64,000 nucleotides of DNA from the IMG/VR virus record IMGVR_UViG_3300047157_000137, positions 5,681-69,680 of that record; one strand, given 5' to 3'. How positions within the stretch are numbered: position 1 is the stretch's first letter; the number at the start of each line of letters is the position of its first letter. Below are positions 35,753-44,927 of this stretch, piece after piece. The position numbers and the translations under genes are program-made. This stretch comes from a virus. Under the pieces are notes generated by a model, which searched no databases, was not told the origin of the DNA, and saw nothing but the letters and a program-made list of their open reading frames with translations.

Positions 35753-36052
35753 ATGACTTATTTTTATTCGTTGAGCTCAAGTATGGGCCAACCACAAACA
35801 CCGCAGATTACCGAAGAAACTATTAAAATCTGGAAACATTTATCCAAAAAGAAACATTGGAGAATAGTTCAGTTACCTAATGGTTATTTTCAAACCGAAC
35901 ACCGTGACCTTGTAGAAAAAGACAAATGGTACGATGTAACAAGACGTGAAACTATGGAAGCCGCAGAAACTGCAATTGATGGTAGTGTTGATCACTATGC
36001 AAAGAAAGTAGATTTCTTAAAAGGACCTAAAGTAGTTAAGACGTTTAAATAA
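35753..36052 (+). CDS. Hypothetical protein upstream of groEL
   Basis: 99-aa ORF, WRIVQLPNGYFQTE. Confidence 0.65.
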   Translation: MTYFYSLSSSMGQPQTPQITEETIKIWKHLSKKKHWRIVQLPNGYFQTEHRDLVEKDKWYDVTRRETMEAAETAIDGSVDHYAKKVDFLKGPKVVKTFK

Positions 36053-36084
36053 TATCAATCAATCAAATTAAATTAAATTAAATT

Positions 36085-37650
36085 ATGTCAAATGCAATTG
36101 TAAAGAATCTGAACTTTGGTTTAGATGCTAAAAACAATGTGTTTGCTGGTATTACAAAACTTACACAAGCCGTTAGCTCCACTCTTGGGGCTAGTGGTAA
36201 GTGTGTTATGTTAGAAGATAGTACGGGCAAACCTATTATTACCAAAGATGGTGTTACTGTAGCAGAAGCTATTACACTATTAGACCCAGTAGAAAATATG
36301 GGTGCCACCTTGTTAAAAGAAGCAGCAAGAAAAACTGTTAAAGAAGCAGGTGATGGTACAACAACAGCAACAGTGTTAGCTCACGCTATCCTACAGGAAG
36401 CTTATAAAGTTATAGATAAATTAAATTCAAGAGATTTAAAAAATGGTATAAATAAAGCTACTAAAAATGTTTTAGAATACTTAGAAAACATATCTATCCC
36501 TGTAAAAGAAAAAATGATTGATCAAGTAGCTACAATATCTACTAACAATGATTCTAAATTAGGTAAAATAATTGCTGAATCTTTTAGAGCTGTAGGTGAT
36601 CATGGTGTTGTAATGATGGAATCTAATGATTTACCAGAAACAACATTTGAAATTATTGACGGAGTACAATATGAACAAGGTTTAAAAAATATTCATTTTG
36701 TAACTAACAAAGAAACTAACACAGCTGAATTAAGCAATCCATTAGTTTTATTAGTAGAGTCAAAAATTGAAAACATTAGAAAAATACAAAACGTACTTGA
36801 ATACGTTATAAAAAATAATAAATCATTATTAATAATAGGTGATACTGATCAACAAGTTTTATCAGCATTAGCTATGAATAAGATTAAAGGTAATATTAAA
36901 GTTAATTTAATTGACGCACCACATTATGGTATATATAAAAAAGAAATATTAGATGATCTTTCTTTATTAACAGGTGCAACTATAATTAACGAAGACTTAG
37001 GAGATGATATTGATTTAATTGATGTAGAACAACTAGGCCAATGTAAAAAATCTATAAGTACTGAATCTGAAACTATATTACAAGTTGGAAGTTTATCTGA
37101 TGAAGTTAAAGATTTAATAAAAGAAGTAGAAGGTAAAATTAAGAAAACAAAAAACCCACAGCTAATTCAAAAATATGAAACAAGATTAGCTAGGTTGTCT
37201 GGAAAAGTTGCTATTGTAAAAGTAGGCGCTAATTCAGAAGTTGAGTTACAAGAAAAAAAAGATAGAGTAGAAGATGCTATATGTGCTACAAAAGCTGCTA
37301 TCAAAGAGGGTATAGTACCAGGAGGTGGTATTGCTCTTCTTAATGCTGCACAAAATATAACTAAACCTTCTTTAGCTGAAAATGTTTTATTACAAGCTAT
37401 TAAACAACCTTTTAAAACTATATTAAATAATGCGGGTATAGAAAAATATGACGTAGAAGATTTACATAGTGAAGGTGAAGGTTTGGATGTTGTTACAGGA
37501 AATATGGTAAATATGATTGAGTCAGGGATTATTGATCCTTTACTCGTCACAAAAAGTGCATTAAGAAATGCAGCTTCTGTAGCCACTACTATTTTATCAA
37601 CCGATTGTGTAATTAATAATCTTAGAATTAATGAAGGCAATAGGGAATAA
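36085..37650 (+). CDS. groEL: Chaperonin GroEL (Cpn60), phage type
   Basis: ITKDGVTVA, AGDGTTTATVLA, KDRVEDA, GIVPGGG, GIIDP; no GGM tail. Confidence 0.97.
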   Translation: MSNAIVKNLNFGLDAKNNVFAGITKLTQAVSSTLGASGKCVMLEDSTGKPIITKDGVTVAEAITLLDPVENMGATLLKEAARKTVKEAGDGTTTATVLAHAILQEAYKVIDKLNSRDLKNGINKATKNVLEYLENISIPVKEKMIDQVATISTNNDSKLGKIIAESFRAVGDHGVVMMESNDLPETTFEIIDGVQYEQGLKNIHFVTNKETNTAELSNPLVLLVESKIENIRKIQNVLEYVIKNNKSLLIIGDTDQQVLSALAMNKIKGNIKVNLIDAPHYGIYKKEILDDLSLLTGATIINEDLGDDIDLIDVEQLGQCKKSISTESETILQVGSLSDEVKDLIKEVEGKIKKTKNPQLIQKYETRLARLSGKVAIVKVGANSEVELQEKKDRVEDAICATKAAIKEGIVPGGGIALLNAAQNITKPSLAENVLLQAIKQPFKTILNNAGIEKYDVEDLHSEGEGLDVVTGNMVNMIESGIIDPLLVTKSALRNAASVATTILSTDCVINNLRINEGNRE

Positions 37651-37891
37651 TTTAATAGTAAAACCTTACAAAGCTGGGGTTACAAAAACCAAAGGTGGTT
37701 TATTTTTAGCAGAAAAACAAAGAGAAGATATAAGATATGAAGAGGGAGTTGTTTTGTCAGCTGGATCAAACTCTGGTGGTATAAAAGAAAATGATGTCAT
37801 TTATTTTGATAAAAATAATTCACATCAAATAGAGATAAAAAAAGAAATTTACAAGGTGGTAAATATAAATCATGTTGTAGTTGTGTTATGA
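37631..37891 (+). CDS. groES: Co-chaperonin GroES (Cpn10)
   Basis: KTKGGLFL mobile loop; GVVLSAG; IKENDVIYF; adjacent to groEL. Confidence 0.88.
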   Translation: MKAIGNNLIVKPYKAGVTKTKGGLFLAEKQREDIRYEEGVVLSAGSNSGGIKENDVIYFDKNNSHQIEIKKEIYKVVNINHVVVVL

Positions 37892-38331
37892 GATTAGAAG
37901 CAAGTGACATTAAAAGATTAAATCTTTTAAAACACTATAGAATAATTAGAAAATGGGCTTGCAAAAACAATAATCTAAATGATGCAGATTTAGAATTACT
38001 TATATATTTCGATTGCATGGATCTTTTTACAAGAGAAGATTTTAAAATCGGTACGTATTCTTATAGTTGGGACAATAGACGCTGGAACAGATTACTTAAA
38101 GAAGGTTGGATAACGGTTTGGAGAAAACACAACCGCACAACTCAAAAGTATAACATTTATAAAGTTTCCTTCAAGTGTAAACAACTAATAAGCCGTATGT
38201 ACCGTATTATGCTAGGCACAGAAGATATACCTACTTCTACCGCTAGAAATAAAATAATGAAAGGTAATAGTTATATAGATAAAGTAATGATTACTTCTAT
38301 ATACAATGTTAACAAAGATAAAAACCGATAA
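37888..38331 (+). CDS. Putative winged-helix DNA-binding protein
   Basis: LNDADLELLIY...RLLKEGWI...YKVSFKCK resembles the MarR-like pattern. Confidence 0.5.
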   Translation: MRLEASDIKRLNLLKHYRIIRKWACKNNNLNDADLELLIYFDCMDLFTREDFKIGTYSYSWDNRRWNRLLKEGWITVWRKHNRTTQKYNIYKVSFKCKQLISRMYRIMLGTEDIPTSTARNKIMKGNSYIDKVMITSIYNVNKDKNR

Positions 38332-38333
38332 TC

Positions 38334-38438
38334 ATGGGAAAAAAAGAAAAAAAAGTAGAAGTAAAAGAATTGTCTTTAATAGACAAAAAGATTGCTAAAC
38401 TAAAAGACATTATTAAAAAGCTAGAAGCTAAAAAATGA
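38334..38438 (+). CDS. Small Lys-rich protein (34 aa, not in ORF track)
   Basis: MGKKEKKVEVKELSLIDKKIAKLKDIIKKLEAKK; ATGA overlap. Confidence 0.55.
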   Translation: MGKKEKKVEVKELSLIDKKIAKLKDIIKKLEAKK

Positions 38439-38818
38439 TAAATCCTAATAAATTTGCAACAACAGCTGCTCAAGAGCAAGGTGATTCATTGTGGCAAGGC
38501 GCATCAACAGCACAGAATTTTATTGATAATAGAAATAATATTCAGGATGCTCAAGATAGATCTTTACCTACACCTGTACCTCAGGAAAATGAATCTGGTT
38601 TAAATTTTAATGGAAATCCTATAAAAGACAATAAAAAAAACTTTAATAAAAAAGTACCTGGTTTAGAAAAGACTGTTGTTAAAGATAATACTAACATTAA
38701 AAAACCTTTTCCGCATAATCATCTCAATAAAGTTCAAAACTATAAAAAGAAAAAAGATTATGCAAATCATCCAGAAGTTATAGCGCATAACGAACACGCG
38801 GCAAGAACAAATTCTTAA
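38435..38818 (+). CDS. Hypothetical protein
   Basis: ORF in operon. Confidence 0.55.
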   Translation: MINPNKFATTAAQEQGDSLWQGASTAQNFIDNRNNIQDAQDRSLPTPVPQENESGLNFNGNPIKDNKKNFNKKVPGLEKTVVKDNTNIKKPFPHNHLNKVQNYKKKKDYANHPEVIAHNEHAARTNS

Positions 38819-38828
38819 AACAAATATT

Positions 38829-39056
38829 ATGGCAAAAAATCCAAGTCAATTAGGAGCTAATGCAATATGGAATGGCCCATCAAAGCCAACCAATTTAGTT
38901 CCAGGAAACGCAAGATATGGATCCAATTGTATGAAAGTGTCTCAAGCACCTTTACCATACAAAGCTGGTCCTATCACAAGCAGAGCACAAGCTAACGATG
39001 GTGGATCACTAGGATCTCACATGGCTAGCAAGTATATTAATCCTACTGCAAAGTAA
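38829..39056 (+). CDS. Hypothetical protein
   Basis: ORF in operon. Confidence 0.55.
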   Translation: MAKNPSQLGANAIWNGPSKPTNLVPGNARYGSNCMKVSQAPLPYKAGPITSRAQANDGGSLGSHMASKYINPTAK

Positions 39057-39068
39057 AAACTCACTAAA

Positions 39069-39533
39069 ATGAGTGATAGAATAAGTGAGCATATTTCACT
39101 TAAAGAAGGTATTAAATCTAACACAGCTACTAGGTTAAGTATTGACAATACACCTAGAGAAATAGATTTAATTAACATGAAAACTATTGCTGAAAAAGTA
39201 TTTGAACCTCTACGCAAATGGGTGGGTGGTCCAATAGCTATTAATAGTTTCTATCGCTCACCCAAATTGAATTCTGCTATCGGCGGAAGTACAACCTCTC
39301 AACATTGTATTGGTTGTGCACTTGACCTAGACGATAACTATGGTTATAAGACTAATGCAGAAATGTATGAGTATATAAAAAATAATTTAGATTACGATCA
39401 AATGATTTGGGAATTTGGTGACGAAACAAACCCTGCTTGGGTTCATGTAAGCTATGTATCAGAAGATGTTAATAGAAGAAGATGTTTACAAGCGTATAAA
39501 GAAAACAGTAAAACAAAATACAAAATAATATAA
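39069..39533 (+). CDS. Peptidase M15A-family endolysin
   Basis: ISEHISLKE, INSFYRS, GGSTTSQHCIGCALD, WVHVSY zinc motifs. Confidence 0.88.
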   Translation: MSDRISEHISLKEGIKSNTATRLSIDNTPREIDLINMKTIAEKVFEPLRKWVGGPIAINSFYRSPKLNSAIGGSTTSQHCIGCALDLDDNYGYKTNAEMYEYIKNNLDYDQMIWEFGDETNPAWVHVSYVSEDVNRRRCLQAYKENSKTKYKII

Positions 39534-39535
39534 TT

Positions 39536-39691
39536 ATGGCATCACCGTTATTAAAAAAAATGATGAAAGGACCTAAATGCTGGAAAGGTTATGAAGCAAG
39601 AGGTAAGAAAAAATCACCTAGTGGTAAAAAAACTAAAAGTGGTAAGGTTAAAATGGTCAACAACTGTGTTAAAATAGGTAAGAAAAAATAA
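39536..39691 (+). CDS. Small basic protein with CWKGY...NCVK motif (51 aa, not in ORF track)
   Basis: MASPLLKKMMKGPKCWKGYEARGKKK...VNNCVKIGKKK; TAATG coupling. Confidence 0.65.
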   Translation: MASPLLKKMMKGPKCWKGYEARGKKKSPSGKKTKSGKVKMVNNCVKIGKKK

Positions 39692-39966
39692 TGGCTTTTA
39701 ATTTACCAAGCGGACCATTAGATATGAGAAAGACTACCAAGGGTAAAGGTAGAACTTTTAGAAAGACAGAAGAAGGAGCTGGTATGACTAAGAAAGGAGT
39801 CAAACAATATAGAAAAGAAAACCCTGGTAGTAAATTAAAAACTGCTGTAACAGGTAAAGTTAAACCTGGTAGTAAGGCTGCCAAAAGAAGAAAATCATTC
39901 TGCGCAAGATCAAAAGGATGGACTGGTGAAAGAGGTAAAGCTGCTAGACGTAGGTGGAAATGTTAA
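39691..39966 (+). CDS. Small basic protein (RRKSFCAR motif)
   Basis: GMTKKGV...NPGSKLKTAV...RRKSFCARS...RRWKC. Confidence 0.7.
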   Translation: MAFNLPSGPLDMRKTTKGKGRTFRKTEEGAGMTKKGVKQYRKENPGSKLKTAVTGKVKPGSKAAKRRKSFCARSKGWTGERGKAARRRWKC

Positions 39967-39990
39967 ATAAAAAAAAAAAAATAAAACATT

Positions 39991-40500
39991 ATGATTAGAA
40001 ATTATTACACTGACTCTTTTAAAGAAGGAAGAGTTGTAACAGCTAGCGATACGTTGTTGATTGATGGCAAAACTCAAGCTTCAACACCACAAAGTGTGTG
40101 GAAAGAATACAATTTATATATAGGCACCACAGGAAGTGTTGTTACTACAAATGATAACGACGCATCTACAAATGGTACACTTACATTAAGAGCACCTAAC
40201 ACAGATATTAAAATAGGTATGTTTGTAGCTGGTGCAGGAGTTCCTAACGACTGTAAAATTACAAACGTTGTTGTTACTTTAGGTACAATGGCTATAACAG
40301 TGGATAAAACATTAGGTATTGCTGCTGACATTCTTTTAACATATGGTTTTCCTAATGAAAACAGTGTTAGAGTTAGAACTATAGATGACGATACAGTTAC
40401 TTTTTATAACCCACCACAAGGTGAAATTTTACCAGTAAGTGTTGTGCAAGTTTTTGCAACAGGTACTAGTAATATTTCAGGCTTAGTTGCTTTAAGTTAA
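39991..40500 (+). CDS. Virion protein with inserted beta module
   Basis: LYIGTTG...VTF...GEILPVSVVQVFATGT core with an IKIGMFVAGAGVP insertion. Confidence 0.55.
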   Translation: MIRNYYTDSFKEGRVVTASDTLLIDGKTQASTPQSVWKEYNLYIGTTGSVVTTNDNDASTNGTLTLRAPNTDIKIGMFVAGAGVPNDCKITNVVVTLGTMAITVDKTLGIAADILLTYGFPNENSVRVRTIDDDTVTFYNPPQGEILPVSVVQVFATGTSNISGLVALS

Positions 40501-40504
40501 TGTT

Positions 40505-40819
40505 ATGGGAGTTAAAAGACTAGAAAGAAGAGCAAAAAGAGTTGCTGACAGACAAGCAAAATTGTTTCGTAAAGAAGATATGGGACAAAAGTTTAATAAG
40601 TCAAGACTTAATAGATTAAGTGATTTAAGTGATGATCTTCAAGTTAAAATAAAAGAAAAAAAAGGTGCACCCTTTTATAAGACCGGTGGTTTTATGGGTA
40701 TTAATCCTGATCACAAAGGATATTGCACACCAATGACTAAACCTACATGTACTCCACGAAGAAAAGCATTAGCTAAAAGGTTAAAACCAGGTGGAGACTT
40801 ATATAAAGGAAAAAAATAA
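40505..40819 (+). CDS. Hypothetical basic protein
   Basis: HKGYCTPMTKPTCTPRRKALAK. Confidence 0.6.
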   Translation: MGVKRLERRAKRVADRQAKLFRKEDMGQKFNKSRLNRLSDLSDDLQVKIKEKKGAPFYKTGGFMGINPDHKGYCTPMTKPTCTPRRKALAKRLKPGGDLYKGKK

Positions 40820-40840
40820 ACAATATAAAAAAATAATATT

Positions 40841-41152
40841 ATGGCTTACAAAAAAAGTAAACAAAGAGTAGAACAAGATCTTGCGAGAAACGCTATTTAT
40901 GATAAAAAACATGGATATGGAAAAGAAGGTAAATATGAAGATGAACAATTAACTAAAGTTTCTTCAGGAGCAGCTACATACATGAAAGGTTCTTATGGAC
41001 CAGACGCTTATGGTCAACCTCATATGAAAGGTCAACCTCATATGAAAGGTCAACCTCATATGGAATCAAACAAACAAGAAAAGTATAACTTAATGCATGA
41101 CAACCCAGTTGCAAAACATGGATCATTTTTGTCTAAGCATATGAAAGGATAG
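40841..41152 (+). CDS. Hypothetical protein with GQPHMK repeats
   Basis: ORF containing a tandem repeat. Confidence 0.6.
   Translation: MAYKKSKQRVEQDLARNAIYDKKHGYGKEGKYEDEQLTKVSSGAATYMKGSYGPDAYGQPHMKGQPHMKGQPHMESNKQEKYNLMHDNPVAKHGSFLSKHMKG
41012..41062 (+). repeat. 18-bp tandem repeat, about 2.8 copies
   Basis: GGTCAACCTCATATGAAA x2 plus GGTCAACCTCATATG. Confidence 0.95.
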
Positions 41153-41154
41153 TC

Positions 41155-41979
41155 ATGGGAAAACCAGGAAAAAACGCTAAAAATAATTTAAGCAAACAGC
41201 TAGGTTTAGAAATGAAAGGATCACCGTATCCTATGACAGCTAGTCAAGACAATACTTTTGGGCCAAGTGGATCTAATCCAAACCCAGTCATATTTAATGC
41301 TATAAAAGCTGCTGATGAAAAAAAATCTAAAAGCGAAGGTCCTAACTTTATTGGAGCTCTTATAGCTAAAGGTGTTGGTGGAGCAATAGCTAAAACAGTT
41401 GCAAAAAAAGCTGTTAGTAAAATAGGTGGAAGCATTATTCAAAAGGGCTTGTCTGAAGTTGGGGCAAAAGCTTTTGGAGCAGGTTCTAATATAAGTTCTT
41501 TAGTAAAAGACGTTCCTGCAGGTCCTAAAAGTAAAACTGGTATGGGTAAAGCTCTTTCTACAATTGGATCTAGCATAACAGAAGGTGTAAGAGGTCTTGG
41601 AGAAGGTATAGCTGGAAAAGCAGGTGGTTCGCCAAAAGGGTTTGGAGATAAAGTTAAAAACTATATTGGTAGCTTAGATTTAATTACTAATAGTAACCCA
41701 GATGGATCATTAAGAAAAGAAACAGATAAACCTTCTACCGCGGCAGATAGTGATAAAAATATTACCGATCTTACATCTAACGAAGCAAACAGTACAGTTC
41801 CTGATAATTCAGGTTCAATACCTCAAACTTCTATAGGAAACGATAATACAGCTAAACCTACTGCAGGCGATCCTTATGGAAATGCAGATGAAAGAAAAGC
41901 TTATGTGCAAAGTCAAAAACCTTCAGGTATGAATATGGAAGGACCTTTAAACAAATTAAAAAATATGTGCCGAAGATAA
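41155..41979 (+). CDS. Gly/Ala/Lys-rich hypothetical protein (possible internal virion protein)
   Basis: Amphipathic Gly-rich segment FIGALIAKGVGGAIAK. Confidence 0.55.
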   Translation: MGKPGKNAKNNLSKQLGLEMKGSPYPMTASQDNTFGPSGSNPNPVIFNAIKAADEKKSKSEGPNFIGALIAKGVGGAIAKTVAKKAVSKIGGSIIQKGLSEVGAKAFGAGSNISSLVKDVPAGPKSKTGMGKALSTIGSSITEGVRGLGEGIAGKAGGSPKGFGDKVKNYIGSLDLITNSNPDGSLRKETDKPSTAADSDKNITDLTSNEANSTVPDNSGSIPQTSIGNDNTAKPTAGDPYGNADERKAYVQSQKPSGMNMEGPLNKLKNMCRR

Positions 41980-42021
41980 CACATTAACAACAATCATTAA
42001 CAACAAACAAAAACAATTATT

Positions 42022-42315
42022 ATGGCAAAGTTTATTTCGATTAAATCGGTGGGAGCTGGTATCGCAGGTGGAGACATCTTATTAAGTGGTGACTCATGTG
42101 CAACTGTTAGCATTTCAAGTCCAACAGTTATTCATTATCATTTTCTTGCTGGTACAACTGGCGATGTAGCTGCAATCACTTACACAGGTGGTGCTACTGA
42201 AGGTGTAAAACTAAGAGACGCTATTAATTATGCATTAACTGCTAATCCAGGTGGTATTTTAGCTAAGGTTAAAATTCCAGCAGGAGCAACAGTTACAGGT
42301 ATAGCAGTATCTTAA
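42022..42315 (+). CDS. Putative small structural protein
   Basis: MAKFISI...ALTANPGG. Confidence 0.55.
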   Translation: MAKFISIKSVGAGIAGGDILLSGDSCATVSISSPTVIHYHFLAGTTGDVAAITYTGGATEGVKLRDAINYALTANPGGILAKVKIPAGATVTGIAVS

Positions 42316-42467
42316 TGAAATCAAGAGGCTTAGGTGATAAAATAGAGTCTTTCACTAAGGCAACTGGTATCAAGAGAATTGTTGATAACGTGTCACAGGG
42401 TTTAAACATACCCTGTGGCTGTTCTCAACGTAAAGATTATTTAAATAAAATGTTTCCAGGAAAATAA
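42315..42467 (+). CDS. Small GLGD...CGC motif protein (50 aa, not in ORF track)
   Basis: MKSRGLGDKIESFTKATGIKRIVD...PCGCSQRKDYLNKMFP; TAATG coupling on both sides. Confidence 0.7.
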   Translation: MKSRGLGDKIESFTKATGIKRIVDNVSQGLNIPCGCSQRKDYLNKMFPGK

Positions 42468-42778
42468 TGGCTTATAAACAAAAACCCGCACCATATTCTT
42501 ACAATGTTATTCCTATTTATAATTCTACTTTAGAAGAAGGAGTATTAGGTAAAGCTGATAGAAGAGGCGGTATACTAGTTAATAAAGAAATTAAAGATCC
42601 TGCGCAACTTGAAGAAGTTATATCACATGAAAAAATTCACATTGAGCAAATGCAAAGAGGTGATTTAGATTATGATGAACAAAACGTATACTGGAAAGGT
42701 AAAACTTATCCCAGATCTAAAATGAAAGAAGGAGCTAAAGATCTTCCATGGGAGACTGAAGCTTATAAAAACATGTAA
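42467..42778 (+). CDS. Zincin-like metallopeptidase
   Basis: HEKIH (HExxH) and PWETEAY. Confidence 0.7.
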   Translation: MAYKQKPAPYSYNVIPIYNSTLEEGVLGKADRRGGILVNKEIKDPAQLEEVISHEKIHIEQMQRGDLDYDEQNVYWKGKTYPRSKMKEGAKDLPWETEAYKNM

Positions 42779-42780
42779 TT

Positions 42781-43101
42781 ATGGCGTATAAAATGAAAGC
42801 ATCTATTCCTAGTTTATGCTCGAGTCCTTTACAAATCAATGAACCTAAAAAAAGGGGAAGATTACATATAGAAAACATAGATGGAATAAAAAATAAAAAT
42901 ACAGCAGAACAATCTTCTGATAATTCAAACTTAAGGGTTAATGAAAACTACGACACCAACGATTCTTTTGTTAATACAAAAATAAACGATCCTAAAGGTG
43001 TTCTTAATAGAGAAGCAAGAAAACGCGAATATAATAAAGGATACAGATATAAAAGTGAAAAAGATGGATCTATAACTCTTAAAGGTAGAAAAGGTAATTA
43101 A
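42781..43101 (+). CDS. Hypothetical protein
   Basis: ORF in operon. Confidence 0.55.
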   Translation: MAYKMKASIPSLCSSPLQINEPKKRGRLHIENIDGIKNKNTAEQSSDNSNLRVNENYDTNDSFVNTKINDPKGVLNREARKREYNKGYRYKSEKDGSITLKGRKGN

Positions 43102-43106
43102 ATATT

Positions 43107-43568
43107 ATGTCTAAGCCAAAAAAGAAATTTAAAGATACAACAGTAGGTAAACTATTGTTCGGTGCAGCTTCACTAGTTAATCCTGCTTTAGGCAGTGTGC
43201 TAAGTGGTGTTAGTTCACCAGCGGAAGCTATTGCTGCTATCGGTAAATCTGACGTAAGTGGTGAAGATAAAATAAAATTACAACAACTTATATTTGAACA
43301 ACAAAATAAAGAGATGGAAGCCGTCACTTCAAGGTGGCAAGCCGATTCAATATCAGATTCATGGCTTTCGAAAAATGTACGCCCATTAGTTTTAGTATGG
43401 TGTATTGTTATATTTTCACTAGCTGGAATATTAGATAGTGTAGAATCAATACCATTTAACATAGGTGCTACATGGAACGATACATTTGAAAAAGTAATGA
43501 TGGCAGTAGTTTTAGCCTATTTTGGCGGACGAAGTAGTGAAAAGGTTACAAGTATATTTAAAAAGTAA
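43107..43568 (+). CDS. Holin (3TM/GTA-holin-like)
   Basis: RWQAD..SDSWLSKNVRPL, TM helices, AYFGGRS.EK. Confidence 0.75.
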   Translation: MSKPKKKFKDTTVGKLLFGAASLVNPALGSVLSGVSSPAEAIAAIGKSDVSGEDKIKLQQLIFEQQNKEMEAVTSRWQADSISDSWLSKNVRPLVLVWCIVIFSLAGILDSVESIPFNIGATWNDTFEKVMMAVVLAYFGGRSSEKVTSIFKK

Positions 43569-43620
43569 ATAAAACCTGTAACTATATTAATACATTAATA
43601 ACCAATTAAATTAAATTAAA

Positions 43621-43875
43621 ATGAGTGAAGTAAAACAAATGATTACCAAAGACCAATTAGAAAAGATTCAAGGCTTTCAAAAAGAGTTAAATAAACTCTT
43701 AAATGAAGTAGGTTTCTTAGAAGCCCAAAAATCCGCAGTATTAGGAAAGTTCCATGAAGAAAACAAAAAAACTGAAGACTTCAAAAAAGAACTAGAAAAA
43801 GAATATGGCTCTATCAATATTAATTTAGAAGATGGAACATTCGAACCTATTGAAAAAGAAGAAGATAAGAAATAA
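43621..43875 (+). CDS. Hypothetical coiled-coil protein
   Basis: LEKEYGSININLEDGT. Confidence 0.65.
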   Translation: MSEVKQMITKDQLEKIQGFQKELNKLLNEVGFLEAQKSAVLGKFHEENKKTEDFKKELEKEYGSININLEDGTFEPIEKEEDKK

Positions 43876-44102
43876 TGTCTTCAGTAATTAGAAAGATAAG
43901 TATTGGTTCTGACTATAAAACTGATGCTATGCACTACTCGATAGGGCAGTCAGTATATGGTGGACATACAATATCACATATACTTTCTGATAAAGAAGAT
44001 AATTCTTACAATATTTACATTAAAAAGAACAACGAAGTATTGCCATGGAAAAAGTTTAACTCTAACATGGCAATATCAGTTGAGTATGATTTAGAGTATT
44101 AA
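43875..44102 (+). CDS. Hypothetical protein
   Basis: IRKISIGSDYKTDAMHY; coupled ORF. Confidence 0.65.
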   Translation: MSSVIRKISIGSDYKTDAMHYSIGQSVYGGHTISHILSDKEDNSYNIYIKKNNEVLPWKKFNSNMAISVEYDLEY

Positions 44103-44707
44103 TGAAAAGTTTATTTGATTTTATCGTTGAGCCTTATGGCCAGCGATATAATAATAAAGTAAAAGTAGGTGACAAAAGCCTTATAATTAATACACAAGTT
44201 GAAACTTTTAAAGCTGTAAATAATGTGGCTAAAGTTATAGAAGTACCTTTGTCATATAAGACGGTTATACAAAAAGGAGATTTAATAATGATCCATCATA
44301 ATGTTTTTAGAAGATGGTTTAATATTAAAGGAGAAGAAAAAAATAGTAAAGCATATTTTAAAGATAATTTATATTTTGTTCAAAGAGATCAAATATATCT
44401 TTATAAAAGAAAGAACAAATGGATAGCTTTTGATGATAGATGCTTTATTAATCCGTTAAAAAATGATGACATTATAGACGCTAATTTAGAGCAACACCTT
44501 ATTGGTATACTAAAATATGGTAATAGTTCGTTAGAAGCGCTAGAAATAAGCGAGGGAGACCTTGTAGGTTACAAACCATATGGTGAATATGACTTTATTG
44601 TAGACGGCAAGCGTCTTTATTGTATGAAATCTAATGATATTGTAATTAAGTATGAACGTCAAGGAAACGAAACAGAATATAATCCTAGCTGGGCACAAAG
44701 CAGTTGA
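44102..44707 (+). CDS. Tandem GroES-like domain protein
   Basis: Two repeats: FIVEP...AKVIEVP...IQKGDLIMI...YFVQRDQIY and FINP...GILKYG...ISEGDLVGY...DGKRLYCMKSNDIV. Confidence 0.55.
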   Translation: MKSLFDFIVEPYGQRYNNKVKVGDKSLIINTQVETFKAVNNVAKVIEVPLSYKTVIQKGDLIMIHHNVFRRWFNIKGEEKNSKAYFKDNLYFVQRDQIYLYKRKNKWIAFDDRCFINPLKNDDIIDANLEQHLIGILKYGNSSLEALEISEGDLVGYKPYGEYDFIVDGKRLYCMKSNDIVIKYERQGNETEYNPSWAQSS

Positions 44708-44927
44708 GGAATTAATAAAGGTTGCTAAAGAAGCTATTGTCGATTCTGACGATGATATATCGGCTGATAGATTAAAAAATGCAGCAGCAACTAAAAAACT
44801 AGCTATATTTGATGCTTTTGAAATACTTAATCGTATTAAAGAAGAAGAAGATATGTTAAATGATAAACCAAAAGAAGAAAAGAAAAAAGAGGTTTTTGGA
44901 GGTTTTGCAGAAAAACGATCTAAATAA
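44652..44927 (+). CDS. Putative terminase small subunit
   Basis: Helical 91-aa ORF directly coupled to terL. Confidence 0.45.
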   Translation: MNVKETKQNIILAGHKAVEELIKVAKEAIVDSDDDISADRLKNAAATKKLAIFDAFEILNRIKEEEDMLNDKPKEEKKKEVFGGFAEKRSK

